Made by a program: the position numbers and the translations under genes
Shown: one piece after another, positions 48,649-61,315 of the stretch
How the letters are laid out: every line of letters starts with the position of its first letter
Numbering within the stretch: the stretch's first letter is position 1
Notes under the pieces: model-generated
Told to the model about the DNA's origin: nothing
Databases searched by the model: none
What the model saw: the letters and a program-made list of their open reading frames with translations, nothing else
Assembly (NCBI GenBank): GCA_030390025.1
Contig: CM059438.1
Location: forward strand, 68,512,001-68,576,000
Reading direction: 5' to 3'
Source: Squalus acanthias
Taxonomy: Eukaryota
Length of the DNA: 64,000 nucleotides

Positions 48649-51600
48649 ATAGAACATAGAACATAGAACATAGAACAGTACAGCACAGTACAGGCCCTTC
48701 GGCCCTCGATGTTGTGCCGAGCATTGTCCGAGACCAAGATCAAGCTATCACACTCCCTATCACTCTGGTGTGCTCCATGTGCTTATCCAATAACCGCTTG
48801 AAAGTTCCTAAAGTGTCCGACTCCACTATCACAGCAGGCAGTCCATTCCACACCCCAACCACTCTCTGAGTAAAGAATCTACCTCGGACATCCCTTCTAT
48901 ATCTCCCCCCATGCACCTTATAGTTATGCCCCCTTATAACAGCTGCCTCTACACGAGGAAATAGTCTCTGAACATCCACTCTATCTATCCCCCTCATCAT
49001 CTTATAAACCTCTATTAAGTCGCCTCTCATCCTCCTCCGCTCTAAAGAGAAAAGCCCCAACTCCCTCAATCTTTCCTCATAAGACCTCCCCCGCAAACCA
49101 GGCAGCATCCTGGTAAATCTCCTTTGCACTCTTTCCAATGCTTCCACGTCCTTCCTATAGTGAGGTGACCAGAACTGCACACAATATTCCAAATGTGGTC
49201 TCACCAAGGTCCTGTACAGTTGCAGCATAACCTCACGGTTCTTAAACTCAAACCCTCTGTTAATAAACGCCAACACACCATAGGCCTTCTTTACTGCTCT
49301 ATCCACTTGAGTGGCAACTTTCAGAGATCTGTGGATATGAACCCCCAGATCCCTCTGCTCCTCCACGTTCCTCAGAACCCTGCCGTTGACCCTGTAATCC
49401 TTATTCACATTTGCCCTACCAAAATGAATCACCTCGCACTTATCAGGGTTAAATTCCATCTGCCATTTTTCGGCCCAGCTCTGCATCCTATCAATGTCTC
49501 TTTGCAGCCTACAACTGCCCTCCACCTCATCCACTACTCCACCAATCTTGGTGTCATCAGCAAATTTACTGATCCACCCTTCAGTCCCCTCCTCCAAGTC
49601 ATTAATAAAAATCACAAACAGCAGAGGACCCAGCACCGACCCCTGTGGCACACCGCTGGTAACTGGTCTCCAGTCCGAAAATGTTCCATCCACCACCACC
49701 CTCTGCCTTCTATGAGATAGCCAGTTACTTATCCAATCGGCCAAATTTCCCTCTATCCCACAACTCCTTACTTTCTTCATGAGACGACCATGGGGAACCT
49801 TATCAAATGCCTTACTAAAATCCATGTATACAACATCAACTGCTCTACCTTCATCTACACACTTAGTTACCTCCTCAAAGAATTCAATCAAATTTGTTAG
49901 GCAAGACTTACCCTTCACGAATCCGTGTTGACTATCCCTGATTAAGTTGCCCCTTTCCAAATGGTCATAAATCCTATCCCTCAGGACCTTTTCCATTATC
50001 TTACCAACCACCGAAGTAAGACTAACCGGCCTATAATTACCAGGGTCATTCCTATTTCCTTTCTTGAAGAGAGGAACAACATTCGCCACTCTCCAGTCCT
50101 CTGGCACCATCCCCGTGGACAGTGAGGACCCAAAGATCAAAGCCAGAGGCTCTGCAATCTCCTCCCTTGCCTCCCAAAGAATCCTAGGATATATCCCATC
50201 TGGCCCAGGGGACTTATCGACCCTCAGGTTCTTCAAAATTGCTAAAACATCTTCCCTCAGAACATCTACCACCTCCAGCCTATCCACCTTTATCACACTC
50301 TCATCCTCAAGAACATGGCCCCTCTCATCGGTGAACACTGACGAAAAGTATTCATTCATCACCTCTCCTATCTCTTCTGACTCCATGCACAAGTTCCCAC
50401 TGCTGTCCTTGACCGGCCCTACCCTCACCCTGGTCATTCTTTTATTTCTCACATAAGAGTAAAAAGCCAAGGACTTCTCATGCCCCCTCCTAGCTCTCCT
50501 AAGCTCTTTTTTTAGCTCATTCCTTGCTACCTTGTACCCCTCAATCGACCCAACTGAACCTTGTTTTCTCATCCTTACATACGCTTCCTTTTTCCTCTTG
50601 ACTAGACATTCAACCTCTTTTGTGAACCATGGTTCTCTCACTCGGCCATTTCCTCCCTGCCTGACAGGGACATACCTATCAAGGACACGCAGTAATTGCT
50701 CCATGAAAAAGCTCCACTTTTCGTTTGTGCCTTTCCCTGATAGTTTCTGTTCCCATCTTATACTCCCTAATTCTTGCCTAATCGCATCATAATTACCCCT
50801 CCCCCAATTATAAACCCTGCCCTGCCGTATGGCCCTATCCCTCTCCATTGCAATAGTGAAAGTTACCGAATTGTGGTCACTATCTCCAAAGTGCTCTCCC
50901 ACATACAAATCAAACACTTGGCCTGGTTCATTACCCAGTACCAAATCCAACGTGGCCCCACCTCTTGTCGGCCTATCCACATATTGTGTCAGGAAACCCT
51001 CCTGCACACACTGTGCAAAAACTATCCCATCCGAACTGTTTGACCTATAAAGGTTCCAATCAATATTTGGAAAGTTGAAGTCACCCATGACAACTACTCT
51101 GTGACCTCCACACCTATTCATAATCTGCTTTGCAATTTCTTCCTCCACATCTTTATTACTATTTGGGGGCCTGTAGAAAACTCCTAACAACGTGACCGCT
51201 CCTTTCCTATTTCTAACTTCAGCCCATATTACCTCAGACGGCAGATCCCCCTCGAACTGCCTTTCTGCCGCTGTTAAACTATCCTTGATTAACAATGCTA
51301 CTCCTCCACCTTTCTTACCAACTTCCCTACTCTTACTGAAACATCTATACCCCGGAACTTCCAACAACCATTCCTGTCCCTGTTCTAACCATGTCTCCGT
51401 AATGGCCACCACATCGTAGTCCCAAGTACCAATCCACGCTCCAAGTTCTCCTACCTTATTCTGGATGCTCCTTGCATTGAAGTAGACACACTTCAAGCCA
51501 TCTTCCTGTCTGCCGGTACATTCCTGCGACCTTGATACCCTCCTCAGTACCTCCCTACACTCACCACTGGCTCGTGGACTACAGCCCTTTTTCCCATCCC

Positions 51601-51988
51601 CCTGACAAATTAGTTTAAACCCCCCCGAAGAGCCGTAGCAAATTTCCCTCCCAGGATATTGGTGCCCCTCTGGTTCAGGTGCAAACCGTCCTGTTTGTAC
51701 AGGTCCCACCTTCCCCAGAATGTGCTCCAATTATCCACATAACTGAAACCCTCCCCCCTACACCATCCCTGCAGCCACGTGTTTATCTGCACTCTCTCCC
51801 TGTTCCTCAACTCGCTAGCACGTGGCACCGGCAACAAACCAGAAATTACAACATGGTTTGTACTGGCTCTCAGCTTCCAACCTAGCTCCCTAAATTCCTG
51901 TTTTAAATCCCCGTCCCTTCTCCTACCTATGTCGTTGGTACCGATGTGTACCACGACTTGTAATTGTTCCCCTTCCCCTTCCCCTTCC
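48649..51988 (-). mobile_element. Young CR1 LINE, truncated in ORF1, nested in the middle CR1
   Basis: (ATAGAAC)n tail at 48649-48677; ORF1 end HIGTND...GGLN* (51610-51954); open ORF2. Confidence 0.96.
48740..51730 (-). CDS. CR1 ORF2 (AP endonuclease + reverse transcriptase), uninterrupted; true start probably near 51610 or downstream
   Basis: NARSI, ITETWL, YRPP, GDFN, LDLVL, SDH (APE); KSPGPDG, YRPVSLTS, QHGF, DFSKAFD, GVPQGSVLGP, FADD (RT); no stop in 996 codons. Confidence 0.95.
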   Translation of the reverse strand: MEHILGKVGPVQTGRFAPEPEGHQYPGREICYGSSGGFKLICQGDGKKGCSPRASGECREVLRRVSRSQECTGRQEDGLKCVYFNARSIQNKVGELGAWIGTWDYDVVAITETWLEQGQEWLLEVPGYRCFSKSREVGKKGGGVALLIKDSLTAAERQFEGDLPSEVIWAEVRNRKGAVTLLGVFYRPPNSNKDVEEEIAKQIMNRCGGHRVVVMGDFNFPNIDWNLYRSNSSDGIVFAQCVQEGFLTQYVDRPTRGGATLDLVLGNEPGQVFDLYVGEHFGDSDHNSVTFTIAMERDRAIRQGRVYNWGRGNYDAIRQELGSIRWEQKLSGKGTNEKWSFFMEQLLRVLDRYVPVRQGGNGRVREPWFTKEVECLVKRKKEAYVRMRKQGSVGSIEGYKVARNELKKELRRARRGHEKSLAFYSYVRNKRMTRVRVGPVKDSSGNLCMESEEIGEVMNEYFSSVFTDERGHVLEDESVIKVDRLEVVDVLREDVLAILKNLRVDKSPGPDGIYPRILWEAREEIAEPLALIFGSSLSTGMVPEDWRVANVVPLFKKGNRNDPGNYRPVSLTSVVGKIMEKVLRDRIYDHLERGNLIRDSQHGFVKGKSCLTNLIEFFEEVTKCVDEGRAVDVVYMDFSKAFDKVPHGRLMKKVRSCGIEGNLADWISNWLSHRRQRVVVDGTFSDWRPVTSGVPQGSVLGPLLFVIFINDLEEGTEGWISKFADDTKIGGVVDEVEGSCRLQRDIDRMQSWAEKWQMEFNPDKCEVIHFGRANVNKDYRVNGRVLRNVEEQRDLGVHIHRSLKVATQVDRAVKKAYGVLAFINRGFEFKNREVMLQLYRTLVRPHLEYCVQFWSPHYRKDVEALERVQRRFTRMLPGLRGRSYEERLRELGLFSLERRRMRGDLIEVYKMMRGIDRVDVQRLFPRVEAAVIRGHNYKVHGGRYRRDVRGRFFTQRVVGVWNGLPAVIVESDTLGTFKRLLDKHMEHTRVIGSVIA

Positions 51989-54900
51989 CCTCAACATATT
52001 GGTCCAGGAAACCATCCCGTATACACTCCAGGAATTCCTCCTCCACAGTATTGTTACTAATTTGGTTAGCCCAATCTATATGTAGATTAAAGTCACCCAT
52101 GATAACTGCTGTGCCCTTATTGCACGCGTCTCTAATTTCCTGTTTAATGCCATCCCCAACCTTCGCATTACTGTTTGGGGGTCTGTATACCACTCCCACT
52201 AACATTTTCTGCCCCTTCGTATTTCTCAGTTCTACCCATACGGATTCCACATCATCAGAGCTAATATCCTTCCTTACAATTGTGTTAATCCCCTCTTTAA
52301 CCAGCAATGTTACCCCAGCTCCTTTTCCTTTTTGCCTGTCTTTCCTGAATATCGAATACCCCTGGATGTTGAATTCCCAGCCTTGGTCACCCTGGAGCCA
52401 TGTCTCTGTAATCCCAATCATATCATATCCGTTTACCTCTCTTAGCGCAGCTAATTCATCCACCTTATTACGAATGCTCCTCGCATTAAGCCATAAAGCC
52501 TTCAGGCTTGTTTTTTTAACACTCTTAGACCTTTTAGAATTATTATTTACTGTGGCCTTGTTTGATTTAAACTCTTGATTGCTCTGACTGTCACCTTTGC
52601 TTTTCTCCTTCCTGCCTTTTGCTTCTATCCTTGTTTCCCTTTCCTCTGTCTCCCTGCTCAGGTTCCCAACCCCCTGCCATTTTAGTTTAAACCCTTCCCC
52701 ACAGCACTAGCAAACACTCCCCCTAGGACATCAGTCCCGGCCCTGCCCAGGTGCAGACCGTCCAGTTTGTACTGGTCCCACCTCTCCCAGAACCGGTTCC
52801 AATGTCCCAGGAATTTGAATCCCTCCCCCTTGCACCATTCCTCTAGCCACGTATTCATTTGAAATATCCTTCTATTTCTACTCTGACTAGCACGTGGCAC
52901 TGGTAGCAATCCTGAGATTACTACCTTTGAGGTCCTATGTTTTAATTTACCTCCTAACTCCCTATATTCTGCTTTTAGGACCTTATCCCATTTTTTACCT
53001 ATGTCTTTGGTACCTTTATGCACCATGACAACTGGCTGTTCACCCTCCCCCTCTCTAAATGCTCTGTAGCCGCTCCAAGACATCCTTGACCCTTGCACCA
53101 GGGAGGCAACATACCATCCTGGAATCTTGTTTGCGGCCACAGAAATGCCTATCTATTCCTCTTACAATAGAATCCCCTATCACTATAGCTCTCCCACTCT
53201 TTTTCCTCCCATCCTGTGCAGCAGAACCACCCACGGTGCCAGGAAGTTGACTGCTGCTGTCTTCCCCTGATAAGCCATCTCCCTCAACAACATCCAAAGC
53301 AGTATATCTGTTTGAGAGGGGGATGGCCACAGGGGACCCCTGCACTACCTGCCTGCACCTCCTACTCTGCCTGGTGGTCACCCATTCCCTTCCTGCCTGT
53401 ACAGCCTTTACCTGCGGTGTGACCAACTCCCTAAACATGCTATACACAATGTCCTCAGCATCGCGAATGCTCCAGTATGCATCCATCCGCAGCTCCAGTG
53501 CCGCAATGCAGTCTGTCAGTAGCTGCAGCTGGATACACTTCCCGCACACATGGTCAACAGGGACACAGGAAGTGTCCCTGATTTCCCACATAGCGCAGGA
53601 GGAGCATACCACGGGGCCGGGCTGTCCTGCCATGATTTACCTCTTAATTAATTAATTCAAATTAAATTAAATGAATCCCACCAATTACACTGCAATTAAA
53701 TGATATACTCAAGGGCCCTTGCTTAACAGTAGTCCCCGCTACACAACAGAGACCTTAGAAACCACAAAATTTACGTTTAGAAAAATTGAGAAAGAAATAT
53801 TCACCAACCAATCACTTACCTGCTTTTTGGTGACGTCACACTTCGATTACTTTTTGCTTCCCTCTCCCAGAACCTGGATTGGTAAGCCTACCTGCCTCGG
53901 GCTCGCCTTTTGTACCTGCCACCACCTCGCCACTCCCTCGCAGGTCCGCTCACCGTCGCTGCCGCCGTAGTGGGGAAGCTTTTAGAAACGATAATCAGAG
54001 ACAAAATTAACAGTCACTTGGACAAGTGTGGATTAATTAAGGAAAGCCAGCATGGATTTGTTAAAAGCAAATCGTGCTTAACTAACTTGATCGAGTTTTT
54101 TGATGAGGTAACAGAGATGGTTGATGAGGGCAATGTGGTTGACATGGTGTACATGGATTTCCAAAAAGGCATTTGATAAAGCGCCACATAATAGGCTTGC
54201 CAGCAAAGTTGAAGCCCATGGAATAAAAGGGACAGTGGCAACATGAATACGAAAATTGGCTAAGTGACTGGAAACAGAGAGTAGTGGTGAACAGTTGTTT
54301 TTCAGACTGGAGGAAGGTATACAGTGGTGTTCCCCAGGGTTGGTACAAGGACCACTGCTTTTCTTGATATATATTAATGACTTGGACGTGAGTGTACAGG
54401 ATGCAGTTTCAAAATTTGCAGATGACACAAAACTTGGAAGTATAGTGAACAGTGAGGAGGATAGTGATAGACTTCAAGATGACATAGACAGGCTGGTGAA
54501 ATGGGCGGACACGTGGCAGATGAAATTGAACGCAGAAAAGTGCGAAGTGATACATTTTGGTAGGAAGAGCGAGGAGATAGGACATATAAACTAAATGGTA
54601 CAATCCTAAAGGGGGTGCATGAACAGAGAGACCTGGGGGATATATGAGCACAAATCGTTGAAGTGGCAGGGCAGGTTGAGAAAGCGGTTAAAAAGGCATA
54701 CGGGATGCTAGGCTTCATAAATAGAAGCATAGAGTACAAAAGCAAAGAAGTTATGATGAACTTTTATAAAACTTTGGTTTGGCCTCAACTGGAGTATTGT
54801 GTCCAATTCTGGGCACTTTAGGAAGGATGTGAAGGCCTTAGAGAGGGTGCAGAAAAGATTTATGAGAATGGTTCCAGGGATAAGGGACTTCAGTTAGGTG

Positions 54901-55409
54901 GATAGACTGGAGAAGCTGGGGTTGTTCTCCTTGGAGCAGAGAAGGTTGAGAGGAGATTTGATAGAGGTGTTCAAAATCATGAGGGGCCTGGACAGAGTAG
55001 ATAGAGAGAAACTGTTCCCATTGGCGGAAGGGTCGAGAACCAGAGGACACAGATTTAAGGTGATTGGCAAAAGAACCAAAGGCAACATGAGGGAAAACGC
55101 AGCGAGTGGTTAGGATCTGGAATGCACTGCCTGAAAGGGTGGTGGAGGCAGATTCAATCATGGCTTTCCAAAGGGAATTGGATAAGTACCGGAAGAAAAA
55201 AAAATTGCAGGGCTACGGGGAAAGGGCGGGGGAGTGGGACTAGCTGAAGTGCTCTTGCAGAAAGCCGGCACAGGTTCGATGGGCCAAATGACCTCCTTCT
55301 GTGCTGTAACTAATCTATGATTCATCAGACCTCATGCAACTGGGCCTAGAAACTCAGATAACAATTTTCCTTTACTTATGATGGCTCAAGATAATTAGTG
55401 TTAGAGACC

Positions 55410-55695
55410 TGTGGATTCCCTTGGTGGCTCAGTGAGTTTGTCCTTTGACTAGCTGATCCATGCCATCAAGAATCCATGCTCCATAGCTGATCTCTCGCAG
55501 TGGTGACAGTAGATATGCTGCAATTGGCCTCAGTACCCCTAGGTTAGTGAAAGGAAAATCATCCAGTGTTCGCACTTCCAATCGCAATACAGCAATCCCT
55601 GTTGGGAGTGCATGTTGGTGGATATCAGATGGGACAAGATCAGGCTCAGCTGAGATTGTTCCCACAGTTGAATGGCCTGCCAACACTCAGTGTTA
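55410..55695 (+). mobile_element. Probable old SINE
   Basis: Starts with A-box-like GTGGCTCAGTGAG; body resembles vertebrate ancient SINEs; family not assignable. Confidence 0.4.
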
Positions 55696-55774
55696 AGGCT
55701 GCATTTGATTGAGGTACTGGAGGTGACAGTCACCCATGGGAGCATACCACAGATAAGAGTTGAATCTTTTAGGA

Positions 55775-58700
55775 GAGGAAGAAAGGATCCACAGCGACCA
55801 CATCTGCAGTAAGTGTCTGCAGCTCGAGAAACTTTGGCTCAGAGTTGATGAGCTGGAGTCCGAGTATCGGACACTGTGCTACATCAGGGAGGGAGAAAGT
55901 TACCTGGATACTTTGTTCCAGGAGGCAGTCATACCCCTTAGGTTAAATACTTCAAATCTGGTCCGTGGTCAGGGACAGGAGGGTGTGACTACGAGTGAGG
56001 CAGGTATGGGGATCCAGAAGGTAACATTGGAGGAGCCTCAGCCCTTGCACTTGTCCAACAGGTATGAGGCTCTTGCTCCCTGTGTGGACGAGAGCAGGGA
56101 CTGCAGGGAGGATGAGCAAACTGACCACGGCACCGTGGTACAGGGGGCCATTTAAGTTGGGGAAGTAAAAAGGAATGTAGTAGAGGTAGGGGACAGTATA
56201 GTTAGGGGGATAGATACTGTTCACTGCAGCCGAGAGCGTGAGTCCCGAAGGCTGTGTTGCCTGCCCGGTGCCAGGGTTAAGGACATCTCCTCGGGGCTGG
56301 AGTGGAACTTGGAGTGGGACGGGAAAGATCCAGTTGTCGTAGTCCACGTAGGTACCAACGACATAGGTAGGACTAAGAAAGAGGTTCTGCTGAGGGAGTA
56401 TGAGCAGCTAGGGGCCAAATTAAAAAGCAGAACCACAAAGGTAATAATCTCTGGATTACTACCTGAGCCACGAGCAAATTGGCATAGGGTCAATAAGATC
56501 AGAGAATTGAATGCGTGGCTCAAAGATTGGTGTGGGAGAAATGCGTTTTGATTCATGGGGCACTGGCATCAGTACTGGGGAAAGGGTAAGCTGTTCCATT
56601 GCGACGAGCTTCACTTGAACCATGCTGGGACCAGTGTCCTGGCGAATCGAATAACTAGGGCGGTAGATAGGTCTTTAAACTAAATAGTCAGGGGGAGGGT
56701 TCAGGTGAAGAGGAATTTAGAAAGTCAAAGAGAAAGGAGAAGGCAATAGTGCAGGGTAGCGATAGGGGTAATGATAACCAGAGTATGACAGGAAGAGACA
56801 GAGCGTTCGAACATAAGCATGCACCAGCAAATAGAGTCAGAGTAGGGAAAAATGGTAAAAAGACAAAATTAAAGGCTCTTTATCTGAATGCATGCAGCAT
56901 TCGTAACAAGATAGATGAGTTGATGGCACAAATAGAAATAAATGGGTACGATCTGATAGCCATTACAGAGACGTGGTTGCAAGGTGACCAAGGCTGAGAA
57001 CTGAATATTCAGGAGTATTTGACATTTTGGAAGGATAGGCAGAAAGAAAAAGGAGGTGGGGTAGCTCTGTTAATAAAGGATGAGATCAGTGCAGTGGTGA
57101 GAAATGACATAGGCTCAGAAGATCAAAATATAGAATCAGTTTGGATAGAGATAAGAAGTAGTATGGGAAAGAAGTCACTGGTGGGAGTAGTCTATAGGCC
57201 CCCTAACAGTAGCTACACTGTAGGACAGAGTATAAATCAAGAAATAATAGGGGCTTTTAAGAAAGGTACTGTGATAATTATGGGCAATTTTAATCTTCAT
57301 ATAGATTGGACAAATCAAATTGGCAAGGGTAGCTTTGTGGACGAGTTCATAGAATGTATTCGGGATGATTTCTTAGAACAATACGATGTGAAACCAACCA
57401 GGGAGCAGGCTATTTTAGATCTGGTAATGTGTAATGAGACAGGATTAATTAATGATCTCATAGTAAAGGATCCTCTAAGGAAGAGTGATCATAGCATGAT
57501 AGAATTTCAAATTCAGTTTGATGGTGAGAAACTTGGGTCTGAACTAGTGTCCTAAACATAAATAAAGGCAATTATGAAGACAGAGTTGGCTAAAGTGGAC
57601 TGGGAAAATAGATTAAAGGGTAAGACGATGGATAAGCAGTGGAAGATATTTAAGGAGCTATTTCATAACTCTCAGCAAAGGTTTATTCCAGTGAGAAAGA
57701 AAGACTCTATGAGAAGGATGAACCATCCGTGGCTAACTAAGGAAGTTAAGGATGGTATCAAATTGAAAGAAAAGGCATACAATGTTGCAAAGATTAGTGG
57801 TAGGCCAGAGGATTGGGAAATTTTTAGAAATCAGCAAAGGATGAGTAAAAAATAATAAAGAGGGCGAAGATGGATTATGAAAGTAAACTAGCAAGAAATA
57901 TAAAAACAGACAGTAAGAGCTATTACAGGAATATAAAAAGGAAGAGAGTAGCTAAAGTAAACGTTGGTCCCTTAGAGGATGAGACTGGGGAATTAATAAT
58001 GGGAAACAGGGAAATGGTAGAGACTTTGAACAAATATTTTGCATCGGTCTTCACAGTAGAAGACACTAAAAGCATCCCAATAATAATTGATAATCAAGGG
58101 GCTATAGGGAGGGAGGAACTTAAAACTATGACTATCACTAGAGAAAAAGAACTAGGCAAACTAATGGGACTAAAGGCTGACAAGTCCCCTGGACCTGATG
58201 GCCTGCATCCTAGGGTCTTAAAAGAAGTGGCTGCTAGAGAGGTCCCAACGGATTGGAAAACCGCAAATGTAACGTCCCTATTCAAGAAAGGAGGGAGGAA
58301 GAAAGCAGGAAACTATAGGCCAGTTAGCCTAACATCTGTCGTTGGGAAAATGTTGGAATCCATTATTAAGGAAGTAATAGCTGGACATTTAGAAAATCAT
58401 AATACAATCAAACAGAGTCAACATGGTTTTATGAAAGGGAAATCGTGTTTGACAAATTTACTCGAGTTCTTTGAGGATGTAACGAGCAGGGTGGATAAAG
58501 GGGAACCAGTAGATGTAGCGTATTTGGATTTCCAGAAGGCATTCAATAAGGTGCCACATAAAAGGTTATTGCACAAAATAAGAGCTCACGGGGTTGGGGG
58601 TAATATATTAGCGTGGATAGAGGATTGGCTAACTAACAGACAACAAAGAGTCGGGATAAATGGGTCATTTTCAGGTTGGCAAACTGTAACTAGTGAGTTG

Positions 58701-60554
58701 CCATAGGGATTAGTTCTGGGGCCTCAACTATTTACAATCTATACTAATGACTTGGATGAAGGGACCGAGTATACTGTAGCCAAATTTAATGATGATACAA
58801 AGATAGGTGGGAAACCAAGTTGTGAGGAGGACACAAAGGGTTGGATTTTGTCAGCCCCGAGGAGGCGGGTATGGAGGCGGGACTGCCGGGAAAGTGGCAG
58901 AATTTGGGGGCGGGTGGCAAACCCGCCCCTAACCCGCCTCCATGCCCTCTTGCCAGGGGGTGGGAAGCCGTCCTGCCCCAGGTCCCATCTCCTCGAGGCG
59001 GGAAAGGGATTAACTGCCTGTTAACAGGTAGTTAACAGGCAGAAAATAGGATTATCCCCATTTTTCGTTCCGAAATGCAGGCTTCCCGACCTCGGGGAAC
59101 CCTGCCAGGGTGTAGGAGACGAGTAGGAGGTCATCGGGGGTCGGAGGGGTCTGAAAGTGCGATGTAGAGGTGAGTGATGGGTGCAATTGTGGAGTGGTAA
59201 GTATGTAAGGTGAATGTAAAGTGTTAGAAAATGTTCACTTACCTTTGTTTCTGCCTACAGCCTTTAGCCGCTGTGGATCCGGAGTCCCGACATCTCCATT
59301 GTACATATCACAGAATTGCTGTTGGATCCTCTGAACCAACAGCCAGGTGATTTCTGCAAAGTTGAAAGGTTTGATGAGTCCTGAGCACATGGACTCACGA
59401 AACTACACAGAATGTCAGTGTTTGACAGCTTCACAGAGCTGTCAAATGATGACATTTCTTCTTTCAAAAGTTCTTGACAGATGGCACATCATACGTTGAT
59501 GTGCTCTGTCACTGCCTTCCCCCTAATTGGCCTACTGAGCCCGCTGGGCGGGCTTAACAAGGTCAATCAGGGGACAATCCCGCTGGTTGGCCAGAAGCTG
59601 ATGGAGGCGGGATTGAAATCCTGCAAGCAGCAGTCCTGCCTCCAAAAGCTTCCCATTGAGAAAATCCAGCCCAAAGAATCTGCAAAGGGATATAGATAGG
59701 TTAAATGAGTGGGCAAAAATTTGGCAGATGGCGTATAATGTGAGAAAATGTGAGGTTATCCACTTTGGTAGGAAGAATAAAAAAACAAATTATTATTTAA
59801 ATGGAGAGAGACTACAAAATGCTGCGGTACAGAGGGATCTGCGGGTCCTCATACATGAAACACAAAAAGTTAGCATGCAGGTACAGCAAGTAATTAGGAA
59901 GGCAAATGGAATGTTGGCCTTTATTGCAAGGGGGATGGAGTATAAAAGTAGGGAAGTCTTGCTGCATCTGTGCAGGGTGCTGGTGAGATCACACCTGGAG
60001 TACTGCATGCAGTTTTGGTCTCCTTATTTAAAGAGGGATATACTTGCATTGGAGGCAGTTCAGAGAAGGTTCACTAGATTAATTCCTGAGATGAAGGGGT
60101 TGTCTTATGAAGAAAGGTTGAGCAGGTTGGGCCTATACTCATTGGAGTTTAGATGAATGAGAGGTGATCTTATTGAAACATATAAGATTCTGAGGGGGCT
60201 TGACAGGGTAGATGCAGGGAGGATGTTTTCCCTTGTGAGGGAATCTAGAACTAGGGGGCATAGTTTCAGAATAAGGTCGCCCATTTAAGACGGAGATGAG
60301 GAGGAATTTCTTCTCTCAGAGGGTCGTGAATCTTTGGAATTCTCTACCCCATAGCGCTGTGGAGGCTGAGTCATTGAATATATTAAGGCGGAGATAGACA
60401 GATATTTGAGCTACAGGGGAGTCAAGGGTTATGGGGAACGGGCAGGAAAGTGGAGTCGAGGCCAAGATCAGATCAGCCATGATCTTATTGAATGGCGGAG
60501 CAGGCTCGAGGGGCCAAATGGCCTACTCGTGTTCCTATTTCTTATGTTCTTATG
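55775..60554 (+). mobile_element. Near full-length decayed CR1 LINE with a MITE insertion
   Basis: ORF1 relics (HICSKCLQL, VGTND), APE and RT fragments 56749-60156, (TTCTTATG)n tail at ~60540-60554. Confidence 0.95.
58838..59672 (-). mobile_element. Harbinger MITE, family A, inverted, inside CR1 RT
   Basis: Ends GGGTTGGATTTT / AAAATCCAGCCC; TSD AAA; CR1 frame CEEDTK|NLQRDIDRL rejoins on removal. Confidence 0.94.
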
Positions 60555-61315
60555 TAGAAAATGTTGTACATCTGTAATCCAAAATACCCACAGATTCAAA
60601 AATAGTCTTCTGTGGTAAAAAAAATCACAAATATGCCTGAAATTCTTGCTCATTTCTGGATATATTCCTGTATACCATTTCATTATAAGTCAGTTCAGCG
60701 TAGTACAATTTTCTTCTGCGTCTGTAGCAGTCCGAGGGAAATCATTTGTGTGCAGCAGGCACAGCCCTGGTCCCACACTTCACACGTTAGAATAGAAACA
60801 ACATTTCAAAAACTTTTGAAGTGTCTAACAATGCAGGAGATTCCAATCTTTAGACCTTTAGGTGGGCTTCTGGAAAACATGGGGCTACATGTAGGGAGTG
60901 AATTGCCGCAGGGTTGTTCCGGTTTGTCTGCTGCAACTTAGGCTTAGATCCACCAAACCTCCAGGCCCAGAAGATTCAAACAGGACAAACCAGCAAGTAA
61001 AAGCATCTAAACTCAAATAGGACCTGGCTTTAGTGGGCTGGATTGCCAGAGCTTAGGTGCAGCCCATTGCTGACAGGCTATAGTTTGGACTCAACCTGGA
61101 CCTCTGACCTGGAACCTTCACCCCAAAAATATGCTGCTGAGTCTTTTCCAGTATTTATTTTTAAAGTTGCTATCACTGTTGACAGTCATCCAGTCCCAGT
61201 AATCCCACCCATATCTTTTTAATTTCTAGTACTTCTGCTTCAATACTGTCATGCAGCCTTTCTTTGATAGTCCCCTACAGCTTGTCTCCATGCCAAACAG
61301 GCCTTGCTGACCATT

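Larger units (their letters stand above)
46279..53966 (-). mobile_element. Near full-length CR1/HER1-type LINE (5'UTR, zinc-finger/esterase ORF1, disrupted ORF2)
   Basis: ORF1 CSSCAMWE...HVCGKC (53055-53633) plus SGNH part (52682-53140); APE 51990-52500 joins 48238-48648 (DQYVE|EPTR); RT 46366-48096; tail at 46279. Confidence 0.95.
45515..55322 (+). mobile_element. Outer CR1 LINE (45515-46278 plus 53967-55322), split by nested CR1s
   Basis: NYRPISLTSV|VGKLLETIIRDK is continuous across the insertion; GTAG duplicated at 46275-46278 and 53967-53970. Confidence 0.95.

Noticed and set aside
49193..52578. Many antisense ORFs over CR1 copies and recurring MITE ORFs (GLLSPLGGLNKVNQG)
   Set aside because: Shadow frames of RT coding sequence or of repeated non-coding MITE ends; starts and stops differ between copies.
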